The position numbers were made by a program, and so were the translations under genes. A stretch of 64,000 nucleotides of DNA, taken from positions 1 through 64,000 of the IMG/VR virus record IMGVR_UViG_3300009551_000005; one strand, given 5' to 3'. Below are positions 9,233 through 18,190 of this stretch, piece after piece. Positions within the stretch are counted from its first letter, which is position 1. Each line of letters begins with the position of its first letter. The notes under the pieces are model-generated. The model searched no databases, was not told the DNA's origin, and was given only the letters and a program-made list of their open reading frames with translations. The DNA is from a virus.

Positions 9233-9604
9233 ATGGAAGACCAGATCAAACCGGTTCCGGGCGGCGCTGAGGCGCAGCTCCTTCTGTCTCAACTCCAGCA
9301 GCTCTCGACCAAGTCCCAGTTCTTGGAGTCGAGTCTCCGCCGTGCGATCCAAGCGGTCGACTTCTCGCGCGGGTTCATGGACCGGATGGCAGGAACCTGC
9401 ACTGCGCTCGCAGACCTCGAGGAGGTCGACGACGGACCTCTCGTGAAGGAAGTCAGGAAGGCAGCGGTGAACGAGTTCCGCGCGGCCGCGATGCGCTTCC
9501 TTCGGTCGGCGGAGGAGCGGCAGTGCGCCGAGTACGAGCTTCAGACGGCGAACGCTGAGATGGCGGGCATCCGCGCGCAGCTCAAAGAGATGGGAGCGAA
9601 GTGA
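9233..9604 (+). CDS. hypothetical coiled-coil protein
   Basis: GCGGCAT-N11-ATG; helical. Confidence 0.6.
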   Translation: MEDQIKPVPGGAEAQLLLSQLQQLSTKSQFLESSLRRAIQAVDFSRGFMDRMAGTCTALADLEEVDDGPLVKEVRKAAVNEFRAAAMRFLRSAEERQCAEYELQTANAEMAGIRAQLKEMGAK

Positions 9605-10002
9605 TGGGAACCAAGAACAACCCCGGTAAGTTCGACTGCTACGCCAACGCCGCGCCCGACGAGCCGCTCTTCGTCTTGCGCGCCACCGACATCGCCGCAC
9701 CCGAGACGGTGCGCTTCTGGACACTTCTCCGTGAGCTCCTCGGAAAGGCGCACACGGAGAAGCTCGACGAGGCCTACGCGTGTGCGCTTGCGATGCACAG
9801 CTTCCGCCAGCGGGTGAAGGGCGAAGAGTCCTTCAGTTTCCCAGAAACGGACCTCGACGTGCCGCAGACCATCGTCAGTTTGGTCCACGACCATCTTCCC
9901 AAAGACCTGACAGACGAGCAGCGCGGAGCGGTGTTTGATCTCGTCGACTCCGCCATCCGTCTCGCGTTCGGTCTCGCGCGCGTGCAGCGCCGGCGCGCGT
10001 AG
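9604..10002 (+). CDS. conserved phage protein (GTKNNPGKFDC...DEPLFVLRA type)
   Basis: Recognisable phage N-terminal motif. Confidence 0.7.
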   Translation: MGTKNNPGKFDCYANAAPDEPLFVLRATDIAAPETVRFWTLLRELLGKAHTEKLDEAYACALAMHSFRQRVKGEESFSFPETDLDVPQTIVSLVHDHLPKDLTDEQRGAVFDLVDSAIRLAFGLARVQRRRA

Positions 10003-10021
10003 TCGCTGCTACTCTCCGCCC

Positions 10022-10498
10022 ATGAACCCCATGGGCAAGAGCCAGGCGGCGCTCTCGAAGGAGGCCGCCGACGCCACCGCAGCCGCCAACAAGTCCACCA
10101 AGGCCGCGCGGGACAACGATCCCGAGTCCCACTACCAGGCCGCCAACGACCACCACACCGCCGCGTGGAGGAACCGCGACGCCGGCAATGCCTCCAAGGC
10201 CAAGGAGCACGAGAAGGTCGCGCGCCTGCACGGCGAGAAGGCCAGCCAGGCTTCGGAGACGAAGCGGCTCGCCGAGAACATGAGCCAGCGCGCCGACGAT
10301 CTCTCCAAGAAAGCGGAGCTCGCGAAGCACGGAGACGACAAGCACGACCCGCGCTCCGAGGCGGACCTTCACGAGGCGGCAGCCGACGCGCACGACAAGG
10401 CGGCCAAGGCTCATGATCTTGCGGAGAACCCGCGCGAGTCCGCGCGTCACCGCGAGAAGGCAGAGGGTCACCGCTCCTTCGGATCGGAGAGCGCGTGA
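10022..10498 (+). CDS. His/Ala-rich helical-repeat protein
   Basis: HxxAAxxH repeats; TACTCT-N6-ATG. Confidence 0.7.
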   Translation: MNPMGKSQAALSKEAADATAAANKSTKAARDNDPESHYQAANDHHTAAWRNRDAGNASKAKEHEKVARLHGEKASQASETKRLAENMSQRADDLSKKAELAKHGDDKHDPRSEADLHEAAADAHDKAAKAHDLAENPRESARHREKAEGHRSFGSESA

Positions 10499-10971
10499 TG
10501 GAGAAGGTGTTCACCGACAAGGAGCTGCTCTACTCCGCCACTTCGCGTTGCCAGTGCGGCTCCGGTCTCGCGTATCCGCTCGAGCACAAGGCGGCGATGG
10601 AGCTCTCCGCGTGGGTCTGCGCCGCGGTCCTGAAGGGCGAAGCGGCGAAGGGAACGAAGCACGACCAGTACCCGTGGGCCTTCTACAAGGTCCGCGAGGA
10701 GACGAGCGTGAACGGCTCCGCCGGCGGCACGACGCGTCCCCCGAACACGATCGCGCGGACCGTCGGCAAGGCCACGTGTCCGAAGTGCCAAGCCACGTGG
10801 GAGTCGCAGCCATACGACGCAGCCGCGCAGGGTCACCACTGGCGTCCCGGCCCGTGTCCTGGATGCGGCTACACGGTCGGCGCTGGCGCTTCCTGGAGCT
10901 CCAACGACGGACCGGCGATCGACACACGCTTCAGGGATGTCGTGTTCGAGGTGCCGGAGGCCAAGTCGTGA
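10498..10971 (+). CDS. Zn-ribbon protein
   Basis: CQC, CPKC and CPGC motifs. Confidence 0.65.
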   Translation: MEKVFTDKELLYSATSRCQCGSGLAYPLEHKAAMELSAWVCAAVLKGEAAKGTKHDQYPWAFYKVREETSVNGSAGGTTRPPNTIARTVGKATCPKCQATWESQPYDAAAQGHHWRPGPCPGCGYTVGAGASWSSNDGPAIDTRFRDVVFEVPEAKS

Positions 10972-10988
10972 GGCGGCATCGACGCCGC

Positions 10989-11564
10989 ATGGCCAACAAG
11001 AAGCGCTCCGACAAGACCAACAAGGCGGAGTTCATCCGCCGCCACGTCGATAAGTCACCCAAGGAAGTTGTCGCCCTCGGCAAGGGGATGAACCTCAAGT
11101 TCACCGAGCGCTACGTGCGCAACGTGCGCGACAAGATGTCCAAGAACCTGGACAAGGTGCTGGCGCAGGCCAAGAAGCCGCTGCCGCTCAAGCTGAAGAC
11201 CACGGGCTACTTGGGCGAGAAGACGCGCGCGCAGCGCCCCCGCAACCCGATCCTCGCGAAGGCGGCGAAAGCGGTTTCCAAGCGCCTCGACGAGATGTTC
11301 TGGGAGGTCGCGGCGGAGCGGATCGAACGCATCATGCAGAGCTCTTTCATGCCCAAGCTCGCGACCGTGGAGGTCGAACGCCGTCTCGTGGAGCTGGCGG
11401 TGGAGATCGGGCTCACGCGCGCCCAGCAACTCCTCCGGCAGGCCGCGGAGTTCGACGTCGTGATGTCCTCCCGTGCGGAGCACCCCGATTACGAGGAGCT
11501 TCTCGAGCGGATGGACCTCTACGACGCCGTTCTGACGGTTCACGGGAGTGCGTCCGTCCACTGA
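10989..11564 (+). CDS. basic putative DNA-binding protein
   Basis: KAEFIR...PKEVVA...YVRNVR and ELAVEIGLTRAQQLL; GCGGCAT-N9-ATG. Confidence 0.6.
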   Translation: MANKKRSDKTNKAEFIRRHVDKSPKEVVALGKGMNLKFTERYVRNVRDKMSKNLDKVLAQAKKPLPLKLKTTGYLGEKTRAQRPRNPILAKAAKAVSKRLDEMFWEVAAERIERIMQSSFMPKLATVEVERRLVELAVEIGLTRAQQLLRQAAEFDVVMSSRAEHPDYEELLERMDLYDAVLTVHGSASVH

Positions 11565-11586
11565 CCAGACACGAGCGCAAAACCCC

Positions 11587-11615
11587 TTGCGTGAAAGCGC
11601 GGGCGGTTTCAAGCT
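11587..11615 (+). promoter_or_regulatory. sigma70-like promoter, leaderless
   Basis: TTGCGT-N17-CAAGCT-N7-ATG(11623). Confidence 0.45.
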
Positions 11616-11622
11616 AATTCGC

Positions 11623-12099
11623 ATGAGCCTCCGCATCGCCCTCCTCGCTCTCTTCCTCGTCGCCTGCTCGGGCGCGGGTGTCTCGTTCTCCCAAGACCAA
11701 CAGCCCGACGCGCCCACCCCGGACACCGGAGCTCCGCCGCCGGACGCGTTTACGGGCCATCCTGACGCTGGCGCGGGCCAAGATTCGGGACGCGTTGCCG
11801 ACGCCTCTCCGCCTCCCCCTGATGCCGTCGGTGATCGATCACCGACGGTGGACGCGGAGAGCCCGGAAACCGGAGACCCGGGGCAGGACGCCGGCGCGGA
11901 CGCGCCCGGTGAGGCGGAGGCCGGTCCGCCACCCACGTGCACGAGCGGGTGGGGCTACCAGTGCGCCGCGTGGGACATCAGGAACCCGGCGGCCACGGTG
12001 CCGTCTGAGGAGGGCTTCACGAGCGACTGCGCGCCCGAGTGGCTTCCCGATGCCGGCGCGGGCTGCATGCAGATCCCTGGCTACTGGTGCTGCCCGTGA
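11623..12099 (+). CDS. lipoprotein with DAG-rich linker and Cys-rich C-terminus
   Basis: MSLRIALLALFLVAC lipobox; contains palindrome copy 3 in frame. Confidence 0.75.
   Translation: MSLRIALLALFLVACSGAGVSFSQDQQPDAPTPDTGAPPPDAFTGHPDAGAGQDSGRVADASPPPPDAVGDRSPTVDAESPETGDPGQDAGADAPGEAEAGPPPTCTSGWGYQCAAWDIRNPAATVPSEEGFTSDCAPEWLPDAGAGCMQIPGYWCCP
11825..11848. repeat. 24-bp palindrome, copy 3 (intragenic)
   Basis: Exact copy, read as AVGDRSPT. Confidence 0.97.
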
Positions 12100-12350
12100 A
12101 CGCTGACGATCCCGGCTTTTCGGTTCACAAGGCACGGTACGCAAAAGGGATGATGCTCGTGCAGGCTCCGAGTCAAACCGGGTTCAAGTCTCGAGCACAA
12201 CGTCTCCTCGGAGCGCTCAACTTCCGATGGACGAACCGCGAAAGAGGCTACGTCGGTTCGCCGACGAAGGTTGCCAAGTTCGAGAAGCTCTACGCCGAAG
12301 GGTGGGATGCGAGCTTCTTCTCTTCGGAGCTCATCGCGCCCGAGGCCTGA
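12096..12350 (+). CDS. hypothetical protein
   Basis: GTGA-coupled ORF. Confidence 0.55.
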   Translation: MNADDPGFSVHKARYAKGMMLVQAPSQTGFKSRAQRLLGALNFRWTNRERGYVGSPTKVAKFEKLYAEGWDASFFSSELIAPEA

Positions 12351-12369
12351 GCAGCGCTACCCTCACCGC

Positions 12370-12855
12370 ATGCGCGACTGGGACGACGAGAGGTGCTGCG
12401 AGCACGACCAGGTTCTGAGCTCGGAGCGCCGCGCGATGCGTCGGCGGAGGCGCCAGGCGTACCGCGGTGACTCGTGGGTCTATCCCTTCCAGGTCTTCCA
12501 GGATCCTGTCACCGGAGTCCTTCTCACCTCGGACGCGCCGAACTTCGCGCCGCCGGGCTGCATCCCCTTCAACCTGACGGGCGCGAAGGTCACGCTCACC
12601 ATCAAGCGTCACGTGACCGACGGCGACACGCAGGCGCTCGCGCAGGTCTCGACCGTGACGACGGGTCTCACCGTCACGAACCTTGTCTCAGGACAGTGCG
12701 TTGCCACGACGCCGCCGACGACGTTCAACGGGTTCCCGGACGAGCCCGAGCCCGTGGTCTACGACGTTCAAGTGGTCACCGCTGCCGGACAGGTAGCGAC
12801 GTGCGAGCGCGGAGACCTCCTGGTGGTGCCGGACGTGACGCAGGCGACGTCGTAG
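12370..12855 (+). CDS. putative virion protein (BppU N-terminal-like Ig fold)
   Basis: RGDSW..., NLTGAKVTLTIK, YDVQV...GDLLVVPDVT; TACCCT-N6-ATG. Confidence 0.6.
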   Translation: MRDWDDERCCEHDQVLSSERRAMRRRRRQAYRGDSWVYPFQVFQDPVTGVLLTSDAPNFAPPGCIPFNLTGAKVTLTIKRHVTDGDTQALAQVSTVTTGLTVTNLVSGQCVATTPPTTFNGFPDEPEPVVYDVQVVTAAGQVATCERGDLLVVPDVTQATS

Positions 12856-12872
12856 GCGGCATCGACGGAGGC

Positions 12873-13110
12873 ATGAAGCTCGTCGACGTTCTCTTCATGA
12901 TCGATGCGGCGTTCATCTTGGGCGCCATCCTCTCGTTCTTCCTCATCGGTTCGGGCGTGGTGAGGGTCACGATCTTCCGAAAGGACGGACGTGAGGTGAC
13001 TCCGCGCCAAAGAGCTGTTCTGGACGTTCCTCTATGCGCTGGTCTGGCCGGCTGCGCTCTACGAGGGCTGGAAGAACCGGAACGAGCCCGACGACGAGGA
13101 CGATCCGTGA
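12873..13110 (+). CDS. small membrane protein with apparent frameshift near 13003
   Basis: N-terminal TM segment; coding-like codons continue in another frame (AKELFWTFLYALVWP...DDP*). Confidence 0.5.
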
Positions 13111-13120
13111 AGATGCTCCG

Positions 13121-13522
13121 TTAGCCCGAGTTCGGGAGGAGCGAACTGTCGACGGCGTTCGGCGTCTTCAGGTCGTACATCGCCAGCATGTCCACCGCGG
13201 CTTGCACGACCAACGCCTTGCCGAAGGGCTTCGCGCTCGTGATGCACACGGCCAGCAAGGAGTGCGCGCGCGTTCGGTAGATGAGCGTCCACCCGATGAG
13301 GGTCCTCGGCACCGTGTTGTCGGGCGCGGCGATGAGCACCTGCTTCTCGGGCGCGAGCGCGTGGATCATCAGGCCGCCGGAGAGCGCGGGGCTGTACGAA
13401 GGTCCGACGATGGAGAGACGCGCGTCGCCAGGCAGCTCCACGTAGTTGAAGTTCCCCAGACACTTCTTCGTGAGGAGCGCGAGATTGGCGGTGAGCGTGG
13501 CGGCGCTGAAGTCCCTGGCCAT
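13121..13522 (-). CDS. hypothetical protein
   Basis: TACGAT-N6-ATG on the minus strand. Confidence 0.6.
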   Translation of the reverse strand: MARDFSAATLTANLALLTKKCLGNFNYVELPGDARLSIVGPSYSPALSGGLMIHALAPEKQVLIAAPDNTVPRTLIGWTLIYRTRAHSLLAVCITSAKPFGKALVVQAAVDMLAMYDLKTPNAVDSSLLPNSG

Positions 13523-13540
13523 GGCGGCATCGTAGCGCGC

Positions 13541-13774
13541 ATGAACGGCAACACTCCCCAATCCCGTCGCTCTTGGTCCCAAGGCTCTCCGCCCAACGTC
13601 GTTGCGCTTCGGCCTGGGTCGCCGGCGGCCAAGTTCAAGCCCGTGAAGATCCGCTACTCGTTCATCGAGCGCATGGACTTCTTCCTCATCGATCACCCGC
13701 GCATCGTCGCCGCGGCGCTCATCTTCTCGCTCGCTGCCATCGGCGCGCTCCTCGCCATCCTGGTCACGCGCTGA
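13541..13774 (+). CDS. small membrane protein
   Basis: C-terminal TM segment; GCGGCAT-N10-ATG. Confidence 0.55.
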   Translation: MNGNTPQSRRSWSQGSPPNVVALRPGSPAAKFKPVKIRYSFIERMDFFLIDHPRIVAAALIFSLAAIGALLAILVTR

Positions 13775-13796
13775 GCTGGGCGTTAGCCTCCACCGC

Positions 13797-14768
13797 ATGA
13801 GTGTAGAGGCGACGCAGAAGAAGCTCGGGCTCGGCCACCGCATCAACGAAGACCTCCGCAAGAAGGTCGACACCATCAGCGCACGCGGCGCGCTCGGGGG
13901 AAGGCGCGGGCTGTCCCCGTCGGCTGCGCTCTCCTCGTTCGTCGACTTCAACATCGGCACGGTCGCGAATCAGAAGCAGACCAGCACGTGCGTCGCGCAC
14001 GCGCTCTCCGTCGCGCTCTACGTGCGCGCGAAGAAGCTCGGAGCTCCCTTCAGCCCCGTGGGCGTCATCCCTTCGCGGCCCGGGATCTACTGGGCAGCGC
14101 TGGCCATCGAGAGACGCCTCAGCGTTCCTGCTGACGCGCCGGTGGACGTGAAGCTGCCGGACCTCCTCGACCAGGGCTCCGACCCGATCCTCGCGGGGCA
14201 AGGCGTCGGCGAGTTCGGCGCGTGCCTCGAGACGGACTGGTCGCTCGGGCAGGCGTTCCCCGATGCGGATGCGGGAGCGCCCGACGGTCAGCCCTTCGTC
14301 GTGCCGCAGCCGCCGTTCGGCGCACTCGAGACCGGGCAGACGTTCACGCTCCGCGATGTCCTTCAGGTCCAGTCGGTTGGGCCGGAGCGTGTGCTCGACG
14401 TTCAGCAGGCCATCGATACCGGCTTCCCGGTGCCAGTCGGCATGCTCGCTGACCAGGCCATGATGCAGTACGGCCCGAACAGTCCTCCGCTCGGAGCCTC
14501 GAACAAGGCGACGGGAGTCGGCGGGCACATGCCTCTCCTGCTCGACTACTACGTCGACCCCGCGTTCGGTCTCGTGTTCTTGGGCGCGAACTGGTGGGGT
14601 TCGGACTGGGGGCGCAACGGCTACTTCCTCTGCACCCCGGACTTCATCACCGCGGATACCACCAACGATCTCCTCCTCGTGGAGGGTCACGCCGGCGTCA
14701 CGCAGGCGGTCAGCAACAGGAAGCTCGCCGCGCATGCGAAGCTCGCAGCCGTGAAGGAGAAGAAGTGA
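13797..14768 (+). CDS. papain-like (C1) cysteine peptidase
   Basis: NQKQTSTCVAHA (oxyanion Q, catalytic C), GGHM (H), NWWGSDWGRNGY (N). Confidence 0.85.
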   Translation: MSVEATQKKLGLGHRINEDLRKKVDTISARGALGGRRGLSPSAALSSFVDFNIGTVANQKQTSTCVAHALSVALYVRAKKLGAPFSPVGVIPSRPGIYWAALAIERRLSVPADAPVDVKLPDLLDQGSDPILAGQGVGEFGACLETDWSLGQAFPDADAGAPDGQPFVVPQPPFGALETGQTFTLRDVLQVQSVGPERVLDVQQAIDTGFPVPVGMLADQAMMQYGPNSPPLGASNKATGVGGHMPLLLDYYVDPAFGLVFLGANWWGSDWGRNGYFLCTPDFITADTTNDLLLVEGHAGVTQAVSNRKLAAHAKLAAVKEKK

Positions 14769-15076
14769 TGAAGCTCTCGCTCTTGCCGATCCTTTCCCTC
14801 CTCGCGCTCGCGGCGTCGTGTACGCCGGCCAACAACCCGACCGACGCCGGTGATGGCGCTCCGCCTCCGCCAGGACCGGCTGCGGCGTGCTCGGCGATGT
14901 GCGCGACGCTGCGCAAGATCCCTTGTCCTGAGGGACGCGCGGACGCGGGCACTGCGTGCGAGGACTCCTGCATGAAGGTGCAGGCCAATCACTCGGGTGA
15001 TCTCAAGCCGCTCTGCGTGGCCGACGCGGGCAGCGCCGAAGCAGTCCGCGCTTGCGGCACGATGACTTGCCAGTAG
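14768..15076 (+). CDS. Cys-rich lipoprotein
   Basis: LLALAASC lipobox; DAG linker; multiple Cys. Confidence 0.75.
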   Translation: MKLSLLPILSLLALAASCTPANNPTDAGDGAPPPPGPAAACSAMCATLRKIPCPEGRADAGTACEDSCMKVQANHSGDLKPLCVADAGSAEAVRACGTMTCQ

Positions 15077-15116
15077 AGTGAGCCCACGCCCGGCGACGGG
15101 AGCTTAGCCTCCTCCC

Positions 15117-15240
15117 CGCGGCGCCAGAGCGCTGACTTCGAGCAGTTCTCTGGCGCCGCGTAGTTCAAAAGGCTCTCCACTGGGGAGCCGCGGCAGAACG
15201 ACGGGCACTTTCGTCCGTTCACGAGCACCTCGAGCGGCTC
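15117..15240 (+). ncRNA. candidate structured small RNA
   Basis: TAGCCT-N6, then a perfect 13-bp stem and further hairpins; no ORF. Confidence 0.45.
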
Positions 15241-15258
15241 AGCGGTAGCCTTCACCGC

Positions 15259-16803
15259 ATGCCCGTCCCCAAGAAGACCGCTCGCCTTGTCCCGCACCTC
15301 TTCGTCGTCGACCGCGACGCCATCGTGACCGAGGAGCAAGCGGTGCTCCTCTACCGCGCGGGCGTGCGCGTGATCGAACGCTGCGTCGGTCACCCGACGA
15401 TGAAGGACCAAGACCTCACTGCCGAGGAGCTCGACCGGCTCATCACGCCGAACGCGAACCGCGGCGGCTTCGGTGTCCTCACCTACGGCTACTACCGCGA
15501 CGCGGACCACACGCCGGACAACGGCGCAGCCGACGCGAAGCTTCACCTCGCGCAGTGGGCCGCGGCGGGTTGCGCTCCCGGCTCAACGCACTCTCTCGAC
15601 CTCGAGGCCTCGCATTGGGGACCGGACGTCGCGGGCTTCGCGGAGGTCTACATCGCGCTGGTGAACGAGCCGACGTTCGATGTCATCGCCAATCCGGGTG
15701 ATGGGCCGGAGTCGTGTGCCTACGACTTCTGTGCCGTACTCACCACGCAGCAGAAGGACGCGCTGAACGCCAAGATGTGGTGGGGCACGCCGGCGACGCA
15801 GCTCGCGTACTGGCACCGCCCGACGATGGGTTACGTGCTTCTTCAGAGCGCGCAGACCACGGTCGCCGGCGTGGTCGTGGACAAGGATGCGGTGGTCGAC
15901 GGGATGCCCCTCTACCCCAACGCCACGGTCCACGAGAGCTGGAGCGGGTGGGACACCGCGGTCATCATGCCCCCGCCGCGTCAGCTCCCGACGCCCGATC
16001 CGAAGGATGCGCCGTTCACCTTCGTGCGCGGTGATGCGGAGAGCGCGGAGGAAGCGGTGGCGCGGTGCATGGAGGAGCTCCTCGACGTGGAAGGAACCGA
16101 GAGCATCGGTCACACGAAGCATCCCGCGCGCTACGCGAGCTACATCGACGGTCCGACGCAGCCCGCGGGCTTCATGAACGGGCACGCGGTCGCCGACATC
16201 TCTTCGTGGTCGACGTCCTGCGAGATCGTCGTGGAGGCTGCGGAGCGTTGGGCGGGTATCCACCGCGCGCCGCCGACCAACGGGCAAGGCTTCTTCGCGG
16301 TCTTCGGCAACGTACACGTGAAGTGGGATGGCAAGACCGTTCCCCCGCGCGGTGCTGAGCTCTATTGGGCGAGCAACGGCACGAACGGGCACACGGAGAT
16401 CATGCTCCGCCAGCTCCCGAACGGAGACTGGGAGACCGCCGGTGGCGGAGGCGGAAAGGACGGCACGGAGACCTCCATCCGCCGTCATCCGCACGGCGTC
16501 GATCCCTACGGGCGTCCGCTCGTCGGTTGGTGGCTGCCCTCCATTCACGCTGGCGAGGCCACCATCCCACCGCCTCCGCCCACGCTCCCGACGATCCTCG
16601 ACCTTCACACGGTCGCCGGCGTGCAGGGCGCGTTGAAGCGCCTCGGACACGATCCCGGTCCGGTGGATGGCATCATCGGCGTGCGTACGCGCGCGGCGGC
16701 GAAGGCGTTTCAGGCCGCCGTCGGGCTTCCTGCCACGGGCGTCGTCGACGATGCCACGCGCGAGGCTCTTCAGTCAGCGCTCGACAAGCAGGCGAGCGCC
16801 TGA
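15259..16803 (+). CDS. modular endolysin (GH25-like + CHAP-like + peptidoglycan-binding domain)
   Basis: LDLE motif; TSC...GHTE dyad; C-terminal VQGALKRLGHDPGPVDGIIG...AFQ...GLPATGVVD. Confidence 0.8.
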   Translation: MPVPKKTARLVPHLFVVDRDAIVTEEQAVLLYRAGVRVIERCVGHPTMKDQDLTAEELDRLITPNANRGGFGVLTYGYYRDADHTPDNGAADAKLHLAQWAAAGCAPGSTHSLDLEASHWGPDVAGFAEVYIALVNEPTFDVIANPGDGPESCAYDFCAVLTTQQKDALNAKMWWGTPATQLAYWHRPTMGYVLLQSAQTTVAGVVVDKDAVVDGMPLYPNATVHESWSGWDTAVIMPPPRQLPTPDPKDAPFTFVRGDAESAEEAVARCMEELLDVEGTESIGHTKHPARYASYIDGPTQPAGFMNGHAVADISSWSTSCEIVVEAAERWAGIHRAPPTNGQGFFAVFGNVHVKWDGKTVPPRGAELYWASNGTNGHTEIMLRQLPNGDWETAGGGGGKDGTETSIRRHPHGVDPYGRPLVGWWLPSIHAGEATIPPPPPTLPTILDLHTVAGVQGALKRLGHDPGPVDGIIGVRTRAAAKAFQAAVGLPATGVVDDATREALQSALDKQASA

Positions 16804-16863
16804 CACATTCCTTCTCGCGACGGACCTACGGAACCTCGACGGCAGCAGGCACGCGACGCATGA

Positions 16864-16938
16864 GGGGCTGCCCGCCGGCCCACCTCCCAAACCCGCTCCC
16901 CTCGGGTGAACAGGAGGCTGGGAACGGCGGGCAGCCCC
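16864..16938. terminator. long GC hairpin after the endolysin (terminator or RNA element)
   Basis: 14-bp perfect outer stem plus inner stems; no U tract. Confidence 0.4.
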
Positions 16939-16963
16939 GCCCTCCCGCGGCATCGCAGCGGGC

Positions 16964-17320
16964 ATGACGTACACCGCGAATTACGTGAGCGCCCCGCCCA
17001 GCTTCAAGCCGAGTGAGGTCCGCATCCTCAGGTTCCCCTTCGTCGGAACGTTCAACCGCGCAGAGCGTGAGACCGCGGCCGCGGTTCTCGTCGTTGCGTG
17101 CCAGAAGATCGACGCGTGGGCAGCGTTCACGCTTCCCGAGCTCGCCGATGTCCTCGAGGAGCTCCCCAAAGACCACGTGCTCATCGACGCTCTGAACAAC
17201 CCGTTCACCACGCCAGACTTCGAAGACCTCGTCGCCGCAGGCTTCGCGGAGAAGACGGAGACAGGAGCTTATGGCTTCACGCAGCAGGGGTTCGAGCGGC
17301 TCGCGAGGTGGGCTCCGTGA
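16964..17320 (+). CDS. hypothetical (winged-helix-like) protein
   Basis: GCGGCAT-N10-ATG; C-terminal LVAAGFAEK..GAYGFTQQG. Confidence 0.6.
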   Translation: MTYTANYVSAPPSFKPSEVRILRFPFVGTFNRAERETAAAVLVVACQKIDAWAAFTLPELADVLEELPKDHVLIDALNNPFTTPDFEDLVAAGFAEKTETGAYGFTQQGFERLARWAP

Positions 17321-17976
17321 GCACGTTCAACGTCATCAGCGCCGATCCTCCGTGGCCGTTCGGGGACAAGCTTCCGGGCAAGAAGCGCGGAGCCGCGAAG
17401 CACTACCCGCCCATGCCCGTCGAGGCCATCAAGCAGATGGTCTGCGGTCCGAATCAGAGGGGTGCGCGGTTCTGCAACGTGCGCGTCCTGTCCAAGCGGG
17501 AGTTCAGACAGGAGCCTACGAGGCGGTTTCTTGCTGACGATGCGCTCCTCTTCCTCTGGCGTGTCGCTGCCATGCAGGAGGAGGCGTTGGCGGTGGCGCG
17601 CGCGTGGGGCTTCGAGCCGAAGTCCGAGCTCACTTGGGTGAAGCTCAAGAAGGGCACGGAGATCTCTCGTATCCAGCTCGAGACCGATGGTGACCTGGTC
17701 ACTGTCCTCCCTCCGCTCCACTTCGGCATGGGCCGGTACGCGCGCCAGTGCCACGAGTCGTGTCTCGTTGCGACGCGCGGGAAGGGGCGCGAGCTCATCG
17801 TGGATCACGGCGTGCGCTCGACGTTCTTCGCGCCGGTGCAGGACCACTCACGGAAGCCGGCCGAGTTCTACGAGACCGTGGAGAGGCTTGTTGGACCTGG
17901 TGCGAGGAAGCTGGAGCTCTTCGCGCGATCGCAGCGAAGCGGGTGGACGTGCACCGGAGAGGAGTCGGGCGAATGA
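17317..17976 (+). CDS. MT-A70 family N6-adenine methyltransferase
   Basis: ADPPW, LFLW, AWGF, GMGRYARQCHE, HSRKP and LELFAR motifs. Confidence 0.9.
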   Translation: MSTFNVISADPPWPFGDKLPGKKRGAAKHYPPMPVEAIKQMVCGPNQRGARFCNVRVLSKREFRQEPTRRFLADDALLFLWRVAAMQEEALAVARAWGFEPKSELTWVKLKKGTEISRIQLETDGDLVTVLPPLHFGMGRYARQCHESCLVATRGKGRELIVDHGVRSTFFAPVQDHSRKPAEFYETVERLVGPGARKLELFARSQRSGWTCTGEESGE

Positions 17977-18152
17977 GCGGAGAGCGCTGCGCCTACTGCG
18001 GGCGCGAGGTTTCTGTCTGCTGGGTGATGCCCTGCTTCGTCCTCGAGAACGCTCTCAAGTCGGGTGACGAGGCGGAGCTCTCGAAGTGGGCGCGCGCGAG
18101 CGGCGTGGGTCTCAAGAAGGGCGAAGAGGTTCTCGTCCAACCGTCGAAGTAG
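17973..18152 (+). CDS. hypothetical protein
   Basis: ATGA-coupled; CAYC motif. Confidence 0.5.
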   Translation: MSGERCAYCGREVSVCWVMPCFVLENALKSGDEAELSKWARASGVGLKKGEEVLVQPSK

Positions 18153-18190
18153 CTGCTACCGTCCTCCTCGTACCTGGCGAGGAGGACGAC

